The notes beneath the pieces were generated by a model. It saw only the letters and a list, made by a program, of their open reading frames with translations. It did not search any database and was not told the origin of the DNA. This document shows, piece by piece, positions 1 to 14,084 of a DNA stretch of 64,000 bases. The stretch spans positions 65,658,001 through 65,722,000 of the forward strand of contig NC_043003.1 in NCBI RefSeq assembly GCF_006345805.1, in the 5' to 3' direction. Both the position numbers and the translations under genes were made by a program. Numbering within the stretch: the stretch's first letter is position 1; each line of letters opens with the position of its first letter. The DNA comes from Octopus sinensis. Taxonomy: Eukaryota.

Positions 1-53
1 ATATATATACATATGTCAATACATATATATGTATACATATATATATATATATT

Positions 54-95
<42 letters not shown>

Positions 96-518
96 TATGT
101 ATACATATACATATATACACATATATTTATACACATATATACTTGTATATATGTATACACGAATGTATACATATATGTAAATATGCATACAAATATACAG
201 ATATACATACACACACACATACACACAAACACACACACACACATAGGTAAAAGGTACAAAGACAGTGAGAGAGACAGTAAGAGTTAGACAGAAAAAGACA
301 CAGAAATGGTGTGGGGGAATTCGGTGAAGGTAAAATTGACGTGTCTTGAGTAGTTTCTGTGATTGAATATATTTCGAAAGATCGTATAAGTGAATTCTTT
401 TCTACTGAAGCCGCTGACAACAACGTTGGTCCAACGTTAGCTAAGAATTACATCTAACTTAACATTTTTACTATTTTAGTGCTCTCTGTCACCGGACTGT
501 AGCCATGCTGGAGCACTA

Positions 519-890
519 GGAGTGGCTGTGTGGTAATTAGCTTGCCTACTAACCACATGGTTCCGGGTTCAGTCCCACTGCGTGGCACATTGGGTAAATA
601 TCTTCTACTATAGCTACGGGCCGACCAAAGCCTTGTGAGTGGATTTGGTAGACGGAAATTGAAAGAAGCCCGTCGCATATATGTATATATATATGTATGT
701 GTGCGTATATGTTTGTGTGCCTGCGTTTGTCCGCCAACATCGCTTGACAACCGATGCTGGTGTTTTTACGTTCCTGTAACTTAGCAGTTCGGCAAAAGAG
801 ATCGATCAAATAAATCCTGGGGTCGATTTGCTCGACTAAAGGCGGCGCTCCAGCATGACGGCAGTCAAATGATTGAAACAAGTAAAAGAG
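519..890 (+). mobile_element. tRNA-derived SINE, family A (internal (TA)/(TG) microsatellite, GTAAAAGAG tail)
   Basis: Head GGAGTGGCTGTGTGGTAA...GGTTCAGTCCC with A/B-box-like motifs; the same body recurs many times in the window. Confidence 0.85.
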
Positions 891-914
891 TATTGATATA
901 TATATATATATATA

Positions 915-1260
915 ATTAACAGAATGATTTTAAAATCCAAGGCTGTGAAAGATTTTAGAACATTTATAAAGAGAAGGTCTTACAGCTGTTTCCGGGATAT
1001 TTCAAATATCCCTTTATCGGAGATGGCGCGAGAAAATGGTTAACCAATAGTTATTCTAGGGAAGATATAAAATAGATAGTGAACTGGAGGAATAAGAATG
1101 TACGTGAGATATGTAAGGATATCGCATCTGCAGTTCCATTATTTAAGCAGAATGGTGTACATATAAGTTTCCTGTACCTTGTGTGTAAGTCCCAGTAGTA
1201 TCTAACATCGGTCATTCCAAGCATAGAGTTTGTAAACGGTGTTATTGGATCGAGGGTTTT
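915..1260 (-). mobile_element. Penelope-like 3' remnant with a degenerate HHR
   Basis: Abuts (TA)n at 897-914; carries an HHR-like fold at 978-1023. Confidence 0.5.
978..1023 (-). ncRNA. Degenerate type I hammerhead ribozyme motif
   Basis: Minus strand: UCU-CCGAUAA-A-GGGAUAUU(UGA)AAUAUCCC-GGAAA-CAGCUG-UA-AGA; 8-bp stem II and palindromic stem III, but the core differs from CUGAUGA at 2 positions. Confidence 0.5.
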
Positions 1261-1267
1261 TTTGAAA

Positions 1268-1470
1268 ACGTATATAGGCTCAGTAAAACATATGGGCTAC
1301 TAGGAGAGGTTAAAGGAACTGGGACTCTACTCCCTGGAGAGGAGACGTGTGAGATATGCAGTGCTATACGCATGGAAAGTAAGGGAGTGTCTAGGTCCAA
1401 ATTTCGGAATAGAATCTGAAACAACCCCCGAATTGGACGGCATTGCAGTGTACTAAAGATTTCCATCGAG
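1268..1470 (+). mobile_element. CR1/L2-group LINE ORF2 C-terminal fragment
   Basis: Translates to Y*ERLKELGLYSLERRRVRYAVLYAWKV, matching the typical CR1 tail motif (YxERLxELGLxSLExRR); contains a stop. Confidence 0.7.
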
Positions 1471-1478
1471 GATACGAA

Positions 1479-1521
<43 letters not shown>

Positions 1522-1524
<3 letters not shown>

Positions 1525-1700
1525 GAAATTTACAGGAAAACAATCGATGAAGACTGGTTTATAAACAACAAACAGGTGTGTTAGTTTAACGCTCGAGATT
1601 GTGAGAAAGCCTTTTACAAAGCTAAAGTATGCAGGGTGAAGCCGCTTCACAAAGATTGACCTTGAAGACTGCCGCTCTAGCTCAATTCTGCGGTTTATAG
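1522..1700 (-). mobile_element. Penelope-like pLTR remnant
   Basis: Similar to the remnants at 23733 and 41283 (CGAGCGTTAAACTAACACACCTG...); starts at a (TA)n tract. Confidence 0.5.
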
Positions 1701-1707
1701 AAGTGCT

Positions 1708-1848
<141 letters not shown>

Positions 1849-2508
1849 TTATTTACTCTATCTATCAATCTTTCAGTTTTATTCGTTTCAACCATGCGGC
1901 TGTGGTCATGCTGGAGTACCACCATGTATCTACCAATTTTATTTCTTTACTCTATTTATCGCCCCATTCATACATACACATATGTATATATATGCATACA
2001 TGCAAATACTTAAGTGTATCTTCGCCGTCTTTAAGTTCTGAGTTCAAATTCCGCCAAGGTGGACTTTGCCATTCCTCATTTTGCGGTCGATAAATAAGTA
2101 CCAGTTGAACAGAGAGTTCGGTGTAATTGCTTTGACCCCTTCCTCAAAATTGCTGCTCATATACCAAATTCTGAAACCAATATTAGAACTCCCTTAATGG
2201 TGGCGAGCTGGCACAGTTCTTACTGCCTCGGACAAAATACTTTGCGGTATTTCGTCCATTATTATGCCTTTACCTCTTTCTTGGTTAATAAAAGCATCAA
2301 TTCTATAGTGGGGTCGATGTTATCGTCTAGCCTTCTGCCTCGTGATTGCTGGCACAGTGCGAAAACCTGAAAGTAATATTAGAACTACCTTAAGTATCCC
2401 TACCCATTTAATGCAATGCAAAGGGAAAAAAAGTCAGGATGTAACATAGTAACAAGGGAGTCATAGAGCTGAAATAAACATTGGCAACAATCTCTTGATA
2501 TTTCGAAG

Positions 2509-2563
<55 letters not shown>

Positions 2564-2854
2564 TATGCATATCTATTGAGTTCTAACACTAGATTATTGG
2601 TATCGCTATACCTCAGAGAAATCTATGTATCTTTCTCTACATCTATCCATCTTTACGTATATGTATGTGTGTGTGTATGTGTGTATGTGTGTATGTGTGT
2701 ATGTGTGTGTATGTATGTGTGTGCGTCCGTTGGAGATGAATGAGCCAGTGATAGACATGTAAATAAAAACCTGAAGCTTTAATTTTTTTTTATATATAAA
2801 ATTCTTGTACAGAAATACGCATATCATTCAGTGTCTCTCATTCAGCTTACCATT

Positions 2855-2905
<51 letters not shown>

Positions 2906-3919
2906 CACGTCTGCACGCTATACCCGCACACACACACATACATTCTCTCATGCACACAACACGCTCTTGTTGGTGCACGCACATGCGCACACGTGTTAAA
3001 AAAAAACCCATTGTGCATGCAAACACCACCATGATGCAGTTGTCTCGCAATTATTTAGCAGTTTCGTCACGGCAATTTTCGTATAATAAAATACACACTT
3101 ATACAGGTAGACAAATACCAGACATTCTCAACATTTGTATAGCCCCATTATTTCTACATACCAGTTCATGCTTGGAAAATCTTTTCAGGAGCGAGGTGAA
3201 AGGATGACATTGCTATGAAATCTGCATGGAGAATATGTATATGTCTGCCAGCAATGTACATGAATACTTTTATTCATGAGTAGATTTGGCGATTACTTTA
3301 CATTTTCAATGCATGTAGATGATTGTAAAACACCGTCACGCATATTTGGCTGATGTTTTTTTTTGTTTTTGTTTTTCTGTATGTTGATAGTGGTAAAAAA
3401 AAAGTAGTACACTTTCCAATAGAGATGGCAAAAATTACACGTGCATACACACATGCATAAATGCGGAAGGATACACATAGTCAACACCTGTGTATATATA
3501 TGAATGTGCGTTTATGCTTGGATATATGTGCGTATATGTGTATGTATGTATGTATATATATATATATGTGTGTATGTGATAGAAATATGTAAATATTTCT
3601 CTCTCTCCCTCTCTCATCCTCATTCTCTCTCTCTAATTCTCTCTCTCCATCTCCAGCCATTTCTCTCTATATATATACACATATCTATGTATATATATAT
3701 ATATTTATGTGTGTGTGCGTGTGTGTTTATGTATGTATGCATGCTTGTATGTATATGTTTGTCTGTCTGTATGTGTATATATATATATGCATATATACAT
3801 ATGCTATATATACACATATATAAATATACATATATATATATACACATATATATATACATATATATATATATACATGCATATATACATACATACATACAAA
3901 CATACATACATATATATCT

Positions 3920-3939
<20 letters not shown>

Positions 3940-3951
<12 letters not shown>

Positions 3952-5380
3952 TGATATCGAGAGACGTGCATGTGCATATGTGGATGTATATGTGTAGCAG
4001 TGTTGAATAAAGAGAGAGTTACCTTGAAGTGTTATCGGGAGATGTTCCAATCTCTATGTTCTGATTTCAAATGTCCCTCGGTCAAAATTCCCTTCCATAT
4101 CTTGAGGTTCGAGAGGCAAAGTATAACGGCAGTGTAATTTTTTGGCTTGTTTTGATGGATGGCTACTGCGAATGAGGACCATATTTTTTGCAAAATATTT
4201 TGACGATTCCCTGTGATCTGAATAAAATTCCTCACACTTGTTAGCGGAGAATTTATAGTTTTACCTAAAGTGTTTACTTCTGAACTCCTCAAGACAGTAC
4301 TAGGTATGAGAAGTTCTTAAGCAAGTGGAAAAGTATTTCAAGTGGTCTCTGAGAACGCCAGCAGGCTAGATGGCAAATCCCGTTTCATCTGTGAAAATAC
4401 ACACATACAAACACACAGACATACATACATACATGCATACATACATGTACACAAACTTACACACACAAACACATATAAATCTCACCAAAAGCAATAAATT
4501 GCACGACTCAATACAAACGTAGAATATTCTTCTATGCGTTATAACTAAAAGGCTACTATTTCCACTACTCAGTTTCCAATCCCCCAGCTGATGATCGGAA
4601 AGGAGCAACTCTGAGTACTCGAAAAGGTTGCCTGTCAGTTATAACACACACACCACACACATATATATATATATTGATATCGAGAGACGTGCATGTGCAT
4701 ATGTGGATGTATATGTGTAGCAGTGTTGAATAAAGAGAGAGTTACCTTGAAGTGTTATCGGAGATGTTCCAATCTCTATGTTCTGATTTCAAATGTCCCT
4801 CGGTCAAAATTCCCTTCCATATTTTGAGGTTCGAGAGGCAAAGTATAACGGCAGTGTAATTTTTTGGCTTGTTTTGATGGATGGCTACTGCGAATGAGGA
4901 CCATATTTTTTGCAAAATATTTTGACGATTCCCTGTGATCTGAATAAAATTCCTCACACTTGTTAGCGGAGAATTTATAGTTTTACCTAAAGTGTTTACT
5001 TCTGAACTCCTCAAGACAGTACTAGGTATGAGAAGTTCTTAAGCAAGTGGAAAAGTATTTCAAGTGTTCTCTGAGAACGCCAGCAGGCTAGATGGCAAAT
5101 CCCGTTTCATCTGTGAAAATACACACATACAAACACACAGACATACATACATACATGCATACATACATGTACACAAACTTACACACACAAACATATAAAT
5201 CTCACCAAAAGCAATAAATTGCACGACTCAATACAAACGTAGAATATTCTTCTATGCGTTATAACTAAAAGGCTACTATTTCCACTACTCAGTTTCCAAT
5301 CCCCCAGCTGATGATCGGAAAGGAGCAACTCTGAGTACTCGAAAAGGTTGCCTGTCAGTTATAACACACACACACACACA
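3940..5380. repeat. Near-identical tandem duplication, unit about 720 bp
   Basis: TTGATATCGAGAGACGTGC at 3951 and 4674; GAAAAGGTTGCCTGTCAG at 4621 and 5341; about 3 differences outside the microsatellites. Confidence 0.95.
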
Positions 5381-6010
5381 CACGATCGTTCCCTTATTTT
5401 GTAAGGTATTTTGTAATATTTAAATCAGAGTCTTTACTTCGGTAACAGGGCAATCTATAACAGCCTGACATCACTTCTATTATAATTACTGATGCTCGAA
5501 GTATAATTATTATTGTTATTAATATTATTATTATTATTACGCAAACATCTGTAGCTTTTTAAACTCAGCATCGCTTATTTCTTCCCAGTTATTCTGGTCT
5601 CTTTTCCTTACTTTATTATTCTTTTTTATACTTCTTTATTACTTTCCATAGAAACTATTTCATCCGTTTTGAGAAATTTTCTGTTAATAATTTCAGAGAG
5701 AACACGAGGTTGAAAACAAATTTATAACTCTGTCAACTAATAAGAAATTAAGAAATATATATATATATAAGTTTATTTCTTCAAATATTGAGTACAATAT
5801 TCAGAATGAGAAAGTGTAACTCATTCGACTTGTATGTGTTTGTGTTTATGTGTGTCTGACCGTCGAGTATGTCACTGTGTTTTTATGCTTATATATATAT
5901 TTCTAAATACATACATATATGTATGCGCATATACATACATACATATATATATATATATGCATATGCGCATTCATATATATATATATGTATTTATATATAT
6001 ATATACATAC

Positions 6011-6053
<43 letters not shown>

Positions 6054-6176
6054 TATTATATATATAGATATACATATATGTACACACACACATATATGAG
6101 ATTGTATGTGAGTATGTATGTGAGTGTTCATATGAATAGAAGTCTGTGTATATATATTTAGCCGGCGCGTACACAC

Positions 6177-6206
6177 CTTCTCAGGAGACACACAGACGTA
6201 TGATGC
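6177..6206 (-). other. Candidate 30-nt spliced exon (ASYVCVSPEK in phase 0)
   Basis: ttccttatatttttattgtcag acceptor and AAG|GTGTGT donor in unique sequence; no homology recognised. Confidence 0.25.
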
Positions 6207-6702
6207 CTGACAATAAAAATATAAGGAAATAAATATCAAGGCTCTGGCTGTTTCACTACTATTTTATAGTCACACTATTCTCAACTTGACGCTAAGTGAG
6301 TTAACAAGACTAGATAGTAAACTGTGGAAAATGACGATTATATTAGTAAGCACAGTAAATTCGACCAAGATTATATTTGCCGCCAAACCACACAGCTTGA
6401 TGTTTTCTTTAAACAAGAAAAATTATTTAAACAAGAAAAATAAGAATCTGCTGAAGGTGAGAACCGAGCTACTGGAAATACGGCCACGATTGCAGCTAAT
6501 AAGGGTCCTCCTCGAAAGCGGTGTCCCAGCATGTTTCATACCCAATGTATGAAAGTAGTAAAAACGTGTTGAATACAAAAATTTACATTGATAAAGGTTA
6601 GAAAGGAAAAGTATAGCGTCTGATTAACATAGAATAATTACTGACTCTAATGTATCTTTGACGAAGACCCCTATACAGTATATGAATGATATTTATGTTA
6701 TT

Positions 6703-7375
6703 ATAAGACGGTGATCTGGCAGAATCGTTAGCACGCCGGGCGAAATGCTTTGGTATATTTCGTCTGTCGTTACGTTGTGAGTTCAAATTCCGCCGAGGTC
6801 GACTTTGCCTTTCATCCTCTCGGGGTCGATAAATTAAGTACCACCTACGCACTGGGGGCGATGTAATCGACTTAATCTGTCCTTGTTTGTCCCCTCTATG
6901 TTTAGCCCCTTGTCCGCAATAAAGGAATAAGAATGTTTAGCAAGCCAGACGAAATGCTTAGCGGTATCGCGTTTGTCTCTATGTTCTGAGTTCAAATTCC
7001 GTCGAGGTCGACTTCGCCTTTCATCCTTTCGGGCGGGATCGGTAAATTAAGTACCATTTGCGTACTGGGGTCGATCTAACCGACAGGGTACCACCCCAAA
7101 TATTTCGGGCCGTGTGCCTAGAGTAGAAAAGGATATTTATGTCATTACAAGGCGGCGAGTTGGCAGCATGTTTAGGAAGCCAGACGAAATGCCTAGCGGT
7201 ATCGCGTTTGCTTTTATGTTCTGAGTTCAAATTCCGCTGTGATCGACTTTGCCTTTCATCCTTTCGGAGTTGATAAATTAAGTACCAGTTGCGTACTAAT
7301 CGATCGAATCGATTGGCCGCCGCCCCCAGAATTTCGGGCCTTGTGTCTAGAGTAGAAAAGGATATTTATGTAATT
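6703..7375 (+). mobile_element. tRNA-derived SINE family B, three units in tandem
   Basis: Repeated GAAATGCTTAGCGGTAT...GAGTTCAAATTCCG...GGGGTCGATAAATTAAGTACC modules. Confidence 0.85.
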
Positions 7376-8627
7376 ATGAAAGCTTATGAAAAAAAAAAAG
7401 AAGTAAAAACAAGTAAAATCCAAAGAAGCGCAGAGAGAATTTGATCTCAGCATCCAAAATATGAACCCGTTTGTTCCTTCTTCCATGAATATGTTCAAAT
7501 GTTATACTTAAATAATATTAAATGCAAAGCAAAATCAGAATAAAATCCACATCTTTGATATAAGTCTTTCTAATTTTAACAGATAGCCGATAATTTTGAG
7601 GTGTGGCAAGGTAATTACATCGACATCTGTATGAGACTGTTAGTTTATTCTATCGACCACGAAAGAATGAAAGGCAAAGTTCACCTGGTGAGATTTGAAC
7701 ACCTCGCTCCCAGCCTTAATCTTTAACACCGTGAATCCTATCTATATGTAGCTCGTTAATCAAACTGGAAAAAAAATCGAAAATTTTTACTATGAAGAAT
7801 CTCTGATATACAGCTTAATAAATTTATGAATCAAGATCAAATACGAAAATTAAATAAGCAAGAACTTTAGCAACTTTAGCAGGTTTCACTAATAATAATA
7901 AATGTAAGGACAAACTTCAGAATTAGTTATAAATTATGTGGTTTCTGCAAGAAGACTTTCAATGAAATCCTCAAATGATGGGAATAGCGAAGGACCAGTG
8001 TTTTAAAGTTCAGGCTATTTTGCTATTGACGGCAACGAAACTTATTTATATATTTACTAGTTTAGATTTTAATGTAACATTATGTGAAGTCAAGGCATTG
8101 AAGACATAGACAATGTATTAATGTTTGGACGGTGGTTTATTTAAATATTCTTGAAATAAAACCAAAGGCAAACGTTTTACATTTGAGCAGACACTTTAAA
8201 GAGGTCTTTAAACAAAGCAAGGCATTTTGTCATCGTTTAAGCTTTTGACTATGAATTGCTCTTATAACATTCATGATAATTTCTAGCACATTCAAAGCTA
8301 AACATATTGGTTTCAAATGTTGGTAGGAGGCCACCAATTTCGGGGAAGGGAATAAATTGATCGATGAAAATGCTCAACTGGTACTTAGGCTATCGATCTC
8401 GAAATTTAAACTCAGTACGTAAGAAATGCCATTAAGTGGCGTGCCAAGTTATGCCAGCTCGCCGCTTTATTCGAAGCTAATATTTTGCCGATAACTTGTA
8501 TGTAACTGAAACTTTATTTTATCGGAGGTAGAAGGAAGATCTGGAACAAATACCGAAAATCATTTTGTTTGTTACTCAAAATATTCTATCAATCCAAAAT
8601 TTTATAGCGAAATAAGAGATGATTTAA

Positions 8628-8907
8628 CCTTCTTGCGACACCCGGGGCGATTGATCGGCCCAAGTAATACAAGTTGTACGAAATTTGAGGCCGATCTATC
8701 GAACCGATGAAACAAACGTTTTGAAGTGTAATAAGCATATCAAGGGTAGTCTTTCAATAGATATAACATAAAACTATTTAATATATATAGTTTTACATAC
8801 TAATAAAGTAGTTTTAGGCACTTTATCGATCGTTTCCTACTAAAAAAAAAAAAACAGCTTTGGTCTTTTTGGTTACACATAGTTAAACATCGTGTGTCTC
8901 AAAAGGG
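8628..8907. mobile_element. piggyBac-like MITE
   Basis: TTAA on both flanks (8624-8627, 8908-8911); TTAACCTTCTTGCGACAC versus reverse-complement TTAACCCTTTTGAGACAC (15/18 match). Confidence 0.65.
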
Positions 8908-10539
8908 TTAAGAGAGAGAGCATATAGAGTTAAACTAATCTCAATATTTAATTTTAATCGGTTAAGAAGGATGATACTGAAAATTAACTTCTGCTAGATT
9001 AGATCCCAGAACATAAAGATATCTAAAACACTTTCTTAATCGCTTTAGTAAAAATAAGGCAGTGATGTTTGCATAGCTAGTTGAAAGCCAGTCTACGCGT
9101 ATTTACCGATATTCAAAGTTTACTGCTTCATAGCGATTTCGAAAGAAAAAGAAAACGAAAACTAATGATATAAAAAAGGAACAGAAAATAGACCTGAAAA
9201 TTCTTCCAGATGTTTATTATGGTTCTGGTTGTCTTTATTTTATTTTTTGCTTGTTTTCATTTTAGACGTAGCAGTGGTGTTGATGTTAGTGGTGTTTTCA
9301 ATGGCGGTGTAGAGGAGGATAGAGTGCGAGCGATATTGTTATATGTATATTTAAATATAGTAGTATGGTGAATGAATCCTATCACGTATTATTTGTCATT
9401 ATTGACGATCGGTTTCACGCTGAGACGAGGAATATAAATGTATAGCTTGTCTGAGTCAGAGCCTTCAGGCTAGATAGCTTCCTATGAATCATAGTGTTTC
9501 AACAGTTGTCGACGTATCTGTTCTTGTCAGTGAAGCCACGAGGAAAAATGTGCACCCAGCTAACTCCTCATTCAAATCTCGCCGTGAAAGAAAATGCATA
9601 TTTCGGTAATGATTTGCAATATATCTGTACTTGAAATAAAAGTAAATACAAAAGAAGAGGAAAAAGATTCAAATAAAACAAAAATAAAACAGTCTATTTT
9701 AATCAAAGAGTAATTATGCAGAAAACAGAATACTGAGGGAAATAAGAAAAGACATAAAAATCAAGCAAATTACAAACTACTACAACCACCACTAACACCA
9801 CCACCTTCAGTACCAGCACCACCACCACCACCACCATAAGCACCACTATAATATTACTTCAAATTAGAATAATATTTTTGAGAAAAATTACGTATATTTT
9901 ATCAAGGTTCGCATTTCATAACACGCACATGCATGAGTGTATATGAATATGTGTGCGCGTGTGTATGTGTGTGTGTGTGTACTTCATTCATATACAATAA
10001 ACACTAACTATATATATATGCTTATATATATATATATGTATGTATGTATGTATATATACGCATATATATATATATATATGTATGTATGTGTGTGTGTGTA
10101 TGTATTTATGTATATATATGCATATATATATATGAATATATGTATACAGACACACACTGCCATACATATACACATGAATGGACAACACAAATTATTACAC
10201 TCAAGATATTCCAGTAAATGAAATAAATGTAATTTACACTACCACATCTGTGTGTTTGTGTGTGTGAGTGCGCACGCGTATTTGTGTGTGTGAGTGTGTG
10301 TTTGTGTGTGTGTGAACGTGTATCTGTGTGTGTGTGTTTATGTGTGTGTGTGTGTGTGTGCATGAACGTAGGATATGTATATACTCTTTTACTTGTTTCA
10401 GTCATTTGACTGTGGCCATGCTGGAGTACCGCCTTTAATATGTGTATATATTTATTCTTTTAATATGTGTATATATTTATTCTTTTATCTGTTTCAGTCA
10501 ATTCACTGGGGACATGCTGGAGCACCAATTATACAAAGT

Positions 10540-11200
10540 TGATTTCCAACCACATGGTTATGATTTCGGTCCTTCTTCGTGGCATCTTGGGCAAGTACCT
10601 TCTACTATAGCCTCGAGTCGACCAAAGCTTTGTGAGTGGATTTTGTAGACGAAAACTGAAAGAAGCTTGTCGTGTATACCTGTATATATATAAAGTTAAT
10701 CCAAACAAGAAAGCACAAAAAAACACAACACGAGGACGTGGAACAAATATAGTATTATTGGACGCTCAGGAAAGAAGGAAAGAAGGAGGGTTTAACGTTT
10801 CAAGCGGAGCTCTTCGTTGGAAACATAGGAGAAGGAAAGATCCAGAGAAGGGCAGACAGAGAAAAAAAAATCGCCAACGGTACACACGAGGTCACGTGTG
10901 TGTGTATGTATGTGAATATACATATATATATGTATGTGTGTGTGTGTGTGTATGTATTTAGACTACGTGTGTGTGTCTTTCAGCGTGTGTTTGTTACCCA
11001 TCACCGCTTGACAACCGATGTTGTGTTGTTTATATCCCCCTAAGTTAGCTGCTCGATAGAAAAGGAAAAATACCAGGCTCTAAAAAACAAAAACAAAAAG
11101 GACTCGTTCAATTTTTTCGACTAAAAACACTTCATGTTGGTGCTCCAGCGTGGCTTCGGTCTAATGACTAAAACAAGTACAAGACAAAATCTATGTATAA
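10540..11200 (+). mobile_element. SINE family A interrupted by a PLE remnant
   Basis: SINE head at 10540-10680 and tail at about 10960-11200 flank a PLE piece inserted in the SINE's central (TA)n. Confidence 0.7.
10690..10895 (-). mobile_element. Penelope-like pLTR remnant with a degenerate HHR (10790-10824)
   Basis: Same family as 56093 and 58195; minus strand GUUU-CCAACGA-A-GAGC(UCC)GCUU-GAAACGUU-AAAC. Confidence 0.7.
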
Positions 11201-11559
11201 AATGTGACTCGATGGCACTTAACATTTAGAGTTCGAACGCCACCGAGGTGAACTTTGCCTTTCATTCCTTCGGGGTTGATAAAATAATCTACCATTCAAG
11301 TAGTGCGGGCGATGTGAATCGATTTGTCCTCTCTCCTCAAAGAATTTTCTGACTTCGAACTCTGCGACGGACCAACGGACCAACGGATCAGGGCGAGTGT
11401 TATTCTTTTCCAAACTAGGCATAAGGTCCGAAATATTGGGGTATAGGGGTGGAAGTCAATTTGATTAATCATAGTACCCAACTGGTACTTAATTTATCCA
11501 CACCGAAAGGATGAAATGCAAAGTCGACCTCGGCGGATTTTGAAGAATGCAAATTATAT

Positions 11560-11945
11560 TAATTCTTTTCTACTCTAGGCACACGGCTCGAAATTTTGGG
11601 GGATCGACCCCAGTACGCAACTGGTACTTAATTTATTGACCCCGAAAGGAAGAAAGGTAAAGCTGACCTCGGCGGAATTTGAACTCAGAATGTAAAGATA
11701 GACGAAATACCTATTTCTTTACTACTCACCAGGGGTTAAACACAAAGGGGTCAAACAAGGACAGACAAACGGATTAAGTCGATTATATCGACCCCAGTGA
11801 GTAACTGCTACATAATTTATCGACCCCGGAAGGATATAAGGCAAAGTCGACATGCGCGGAATTTGAACTCAGAATGTAGCAGCAGACGAAATACCGCTAA
11901 GCATTCCGCGCGGCGTGCTTAACGTTTCTGCCAGCTCGCCGCTTT
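11560..11945 (-). mobile_element. SINE family B dimer
   Basis: Full head at 11945; the second unit is joined at AAAGAAATAG|GTATTTCGTC. Confidence 0.8.
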
Positions 11946-12079
11946 AGGACGAGTGTTATGATTTTTGTCAGGGAAACCGTGTAACTGAAGCTGTTTATGC
12001 CAGGGCTGTGGAGTGGTGGATTCCTAGAACTGATAGAGGGTCGGACAAGATAGATCCGCAATATTTGTCCTATTTTTAG

Positions 12080-12835
12080 GGTGGCCAGCTGGCAGAACCG
12101 TTAGCACGCCGGGCGAAATGGTTAGCTGTATTTCGTCTGTCTTTATGGTCTGAGTTTAAATTCTACTGAAATCGACTTTGCCTTTCATCCTATCGGGGTC
12201 GATAAATTAAGTATCAGTTGCATACTGAAATCGATCTAATCGACTGTGTACACCCCCACCCCCAAATTTCGGGTCTTGTGCCTAGAGTAGAAAAGAATAT
12301 TTATCACATTTTTAGGGCAGCAAACTGGCAGAATTTGTTAGCACGCTGGGCAAAATGCTTAGCGGCATTTCGTCCTTGTTTACGTTTCTAGTTTAGGTCG
12401 ACTTTAATTTTTTATTCTTTCGGGATCGATGAAATAAATACCAGTCTAAGTACTGGGATCGATCTAAACGACTAGTCCCCACCTACAAAATTTTAGTCCT
12501 TGTGGTTATAGTAGAAAGGGTATTTGTCAAATTTATTTACATTCCGAATTCAGATACCGTGGAAATGAACTTTACTTTCTATCCTTTTGGTGGCGATAAT
12601 ATAGATAAGCCAACAAAGCGGCGAGCTGGCAGAAAGGTTAGCACGCCAGGCGAAATGCTTTGCGGTATTTCTTTTGCCGCTACGTTCTGAGTTCAAATTC
12701 CGCCGAAGTCGACTTTGCCTTTCATCCTTTTGGGGTTGATAAATTAAGTACCAGTTGCATACTGGGGTCCATTCAATTGACTGGCCCTCTCCCCCAAAAT
12801 GTCGGGATCTTGTGCTTAGTGTAGAAAAGATTATA
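12080..12835 (+). mobile_element. Three SINE family B copies in the same orientation
   Basis: Heads at about 12080, 12315 and 12620; tails ...GTAGAAAAG. Confidence 0.8.
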
Positions 12836-13134
12836 TATAAGTCAATTACTGGTGCTGGTTTAAATCCATTTACATCTATTTTCCAAATTATAGGCTTGAG
12901 CATGCGTTAGAAATCATCGTACGCTATTCTTATTTAAACAAATTCAAGATGGAAAAGAAACAAATGTTTCTTAGCTCTTAATCGATCGATTTAATCATAT
13001 TAAGATTCCTTCGCATTATTGATGAAATAATCTCATCAATTTGGCTAATTGTTGATCCCTTAGGCTTAAAATTCAGAATCCGAAGCCAAGAAACACTCGG
13101 TATCATCTTTATCTCTTCAAAATTAATTAACATG

Positions 13135-13270
13135 AGAGGCTGTTGGTAAATAGCTTGCTTCACAACCACATGGTTCCTGGTTCAATTCCAGGGCAAGTGT
13201 CTTCTACTATATCCTCGGGCCGACCAAAGCCTTGTGAGTGGATTTAGTAGACGAAAGCTGGAAGAAGCCC

Positions 13271-13309
<39 letters not shown>

Positions 13310-13323
13310 CACACTCGCGCGCG

Positions 13324-13370
<47 letters not shown>

Positions 13371-13572
13371 GTGTGTTTGTGTTTGTCCCCCCACGATCGC
13401 TTTACAACCGATGTTGGTGTGTTTACGTCCCTGTAACAGTGGTTTAGCAAAGGAGATCGACAGAATAAGTACTAGGCTTACAAAGAAGTCCTGGAGTCGA
13501 TTTGATTCGACTAAAAGGCGTTGCTCCAGCATGGCCGACGTCAAATGACTAAAACTAGTAAAAGGTAAAGAA
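13135..13572 (+). mobile_element. SINE family A
   Basis: Same head, body and tail as 519-890. Confidence 0.85.
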
Positions 13573-14084
13573 AACACTTCCCTCTAAATATATATGTTGC
13601 AATGATCTGCAAAAATGATAATCAAATGGCGGAAGTCGATCCGACGAATAAGAAGGTTGAAGGAAAACCTTTATATTCAGTGCCATAATTTTCCCTGGGA
13701 GACTTGAGCAATATGTGGTCTTGCTTTATCTTGTAACAGCAATTACAGTGAGTAATTGACGTCTTTTTACGATTGACCAGAAACAGACAATTAGCCTGTG
13801 AACTCGAATGCTTCCAATTAACAATGATATTTCTCCACATTTAACTCTTTCGTTTCATTTTAACACTTTATGTTTGGCTATATCTTTGTTTCCATCAACC
13901 ACAAGAAATAGATTCTTTTTTTTGTTCGGTGAAATTCTGGTTTTGGAACTATTACTTCTCTTTGGTTGCCAACCATTGTCGTATCATTGAATGCTTTATA
14001 GTTACGCATTGGGTTGAACCCTTTTGCTAATTCCTGTGTAGTCTAATTTCGATCTGCCTCCGTTACCTTTTCAATATTTTTCTG

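Noticed and set aside
127-440. Ser/Thr/Pro-rich minus-strand frame after a ttcttag acceptor
   Set aside because: No convincing donor, and it runs into microsatellite; support is too weak to list as an exon.
519-600. SINE heads as tRNA genes (also 30500-30581 and 34234-34325)
   Set aside because: They have A/B boxes but no complete cloverleaf, and they continue into repeated SINE bodies.
4588-4616. CTGATGA-TCG-GAAA as an HHR (also about 5308)
   Set aside because: No stem II and no stem I pairing.
7583-7610. AG...GT-bounded plus-strand mini-exon
   Set aside because: It lies in a decayed SINE family B tail, so the splice-like signals are probably incidental.
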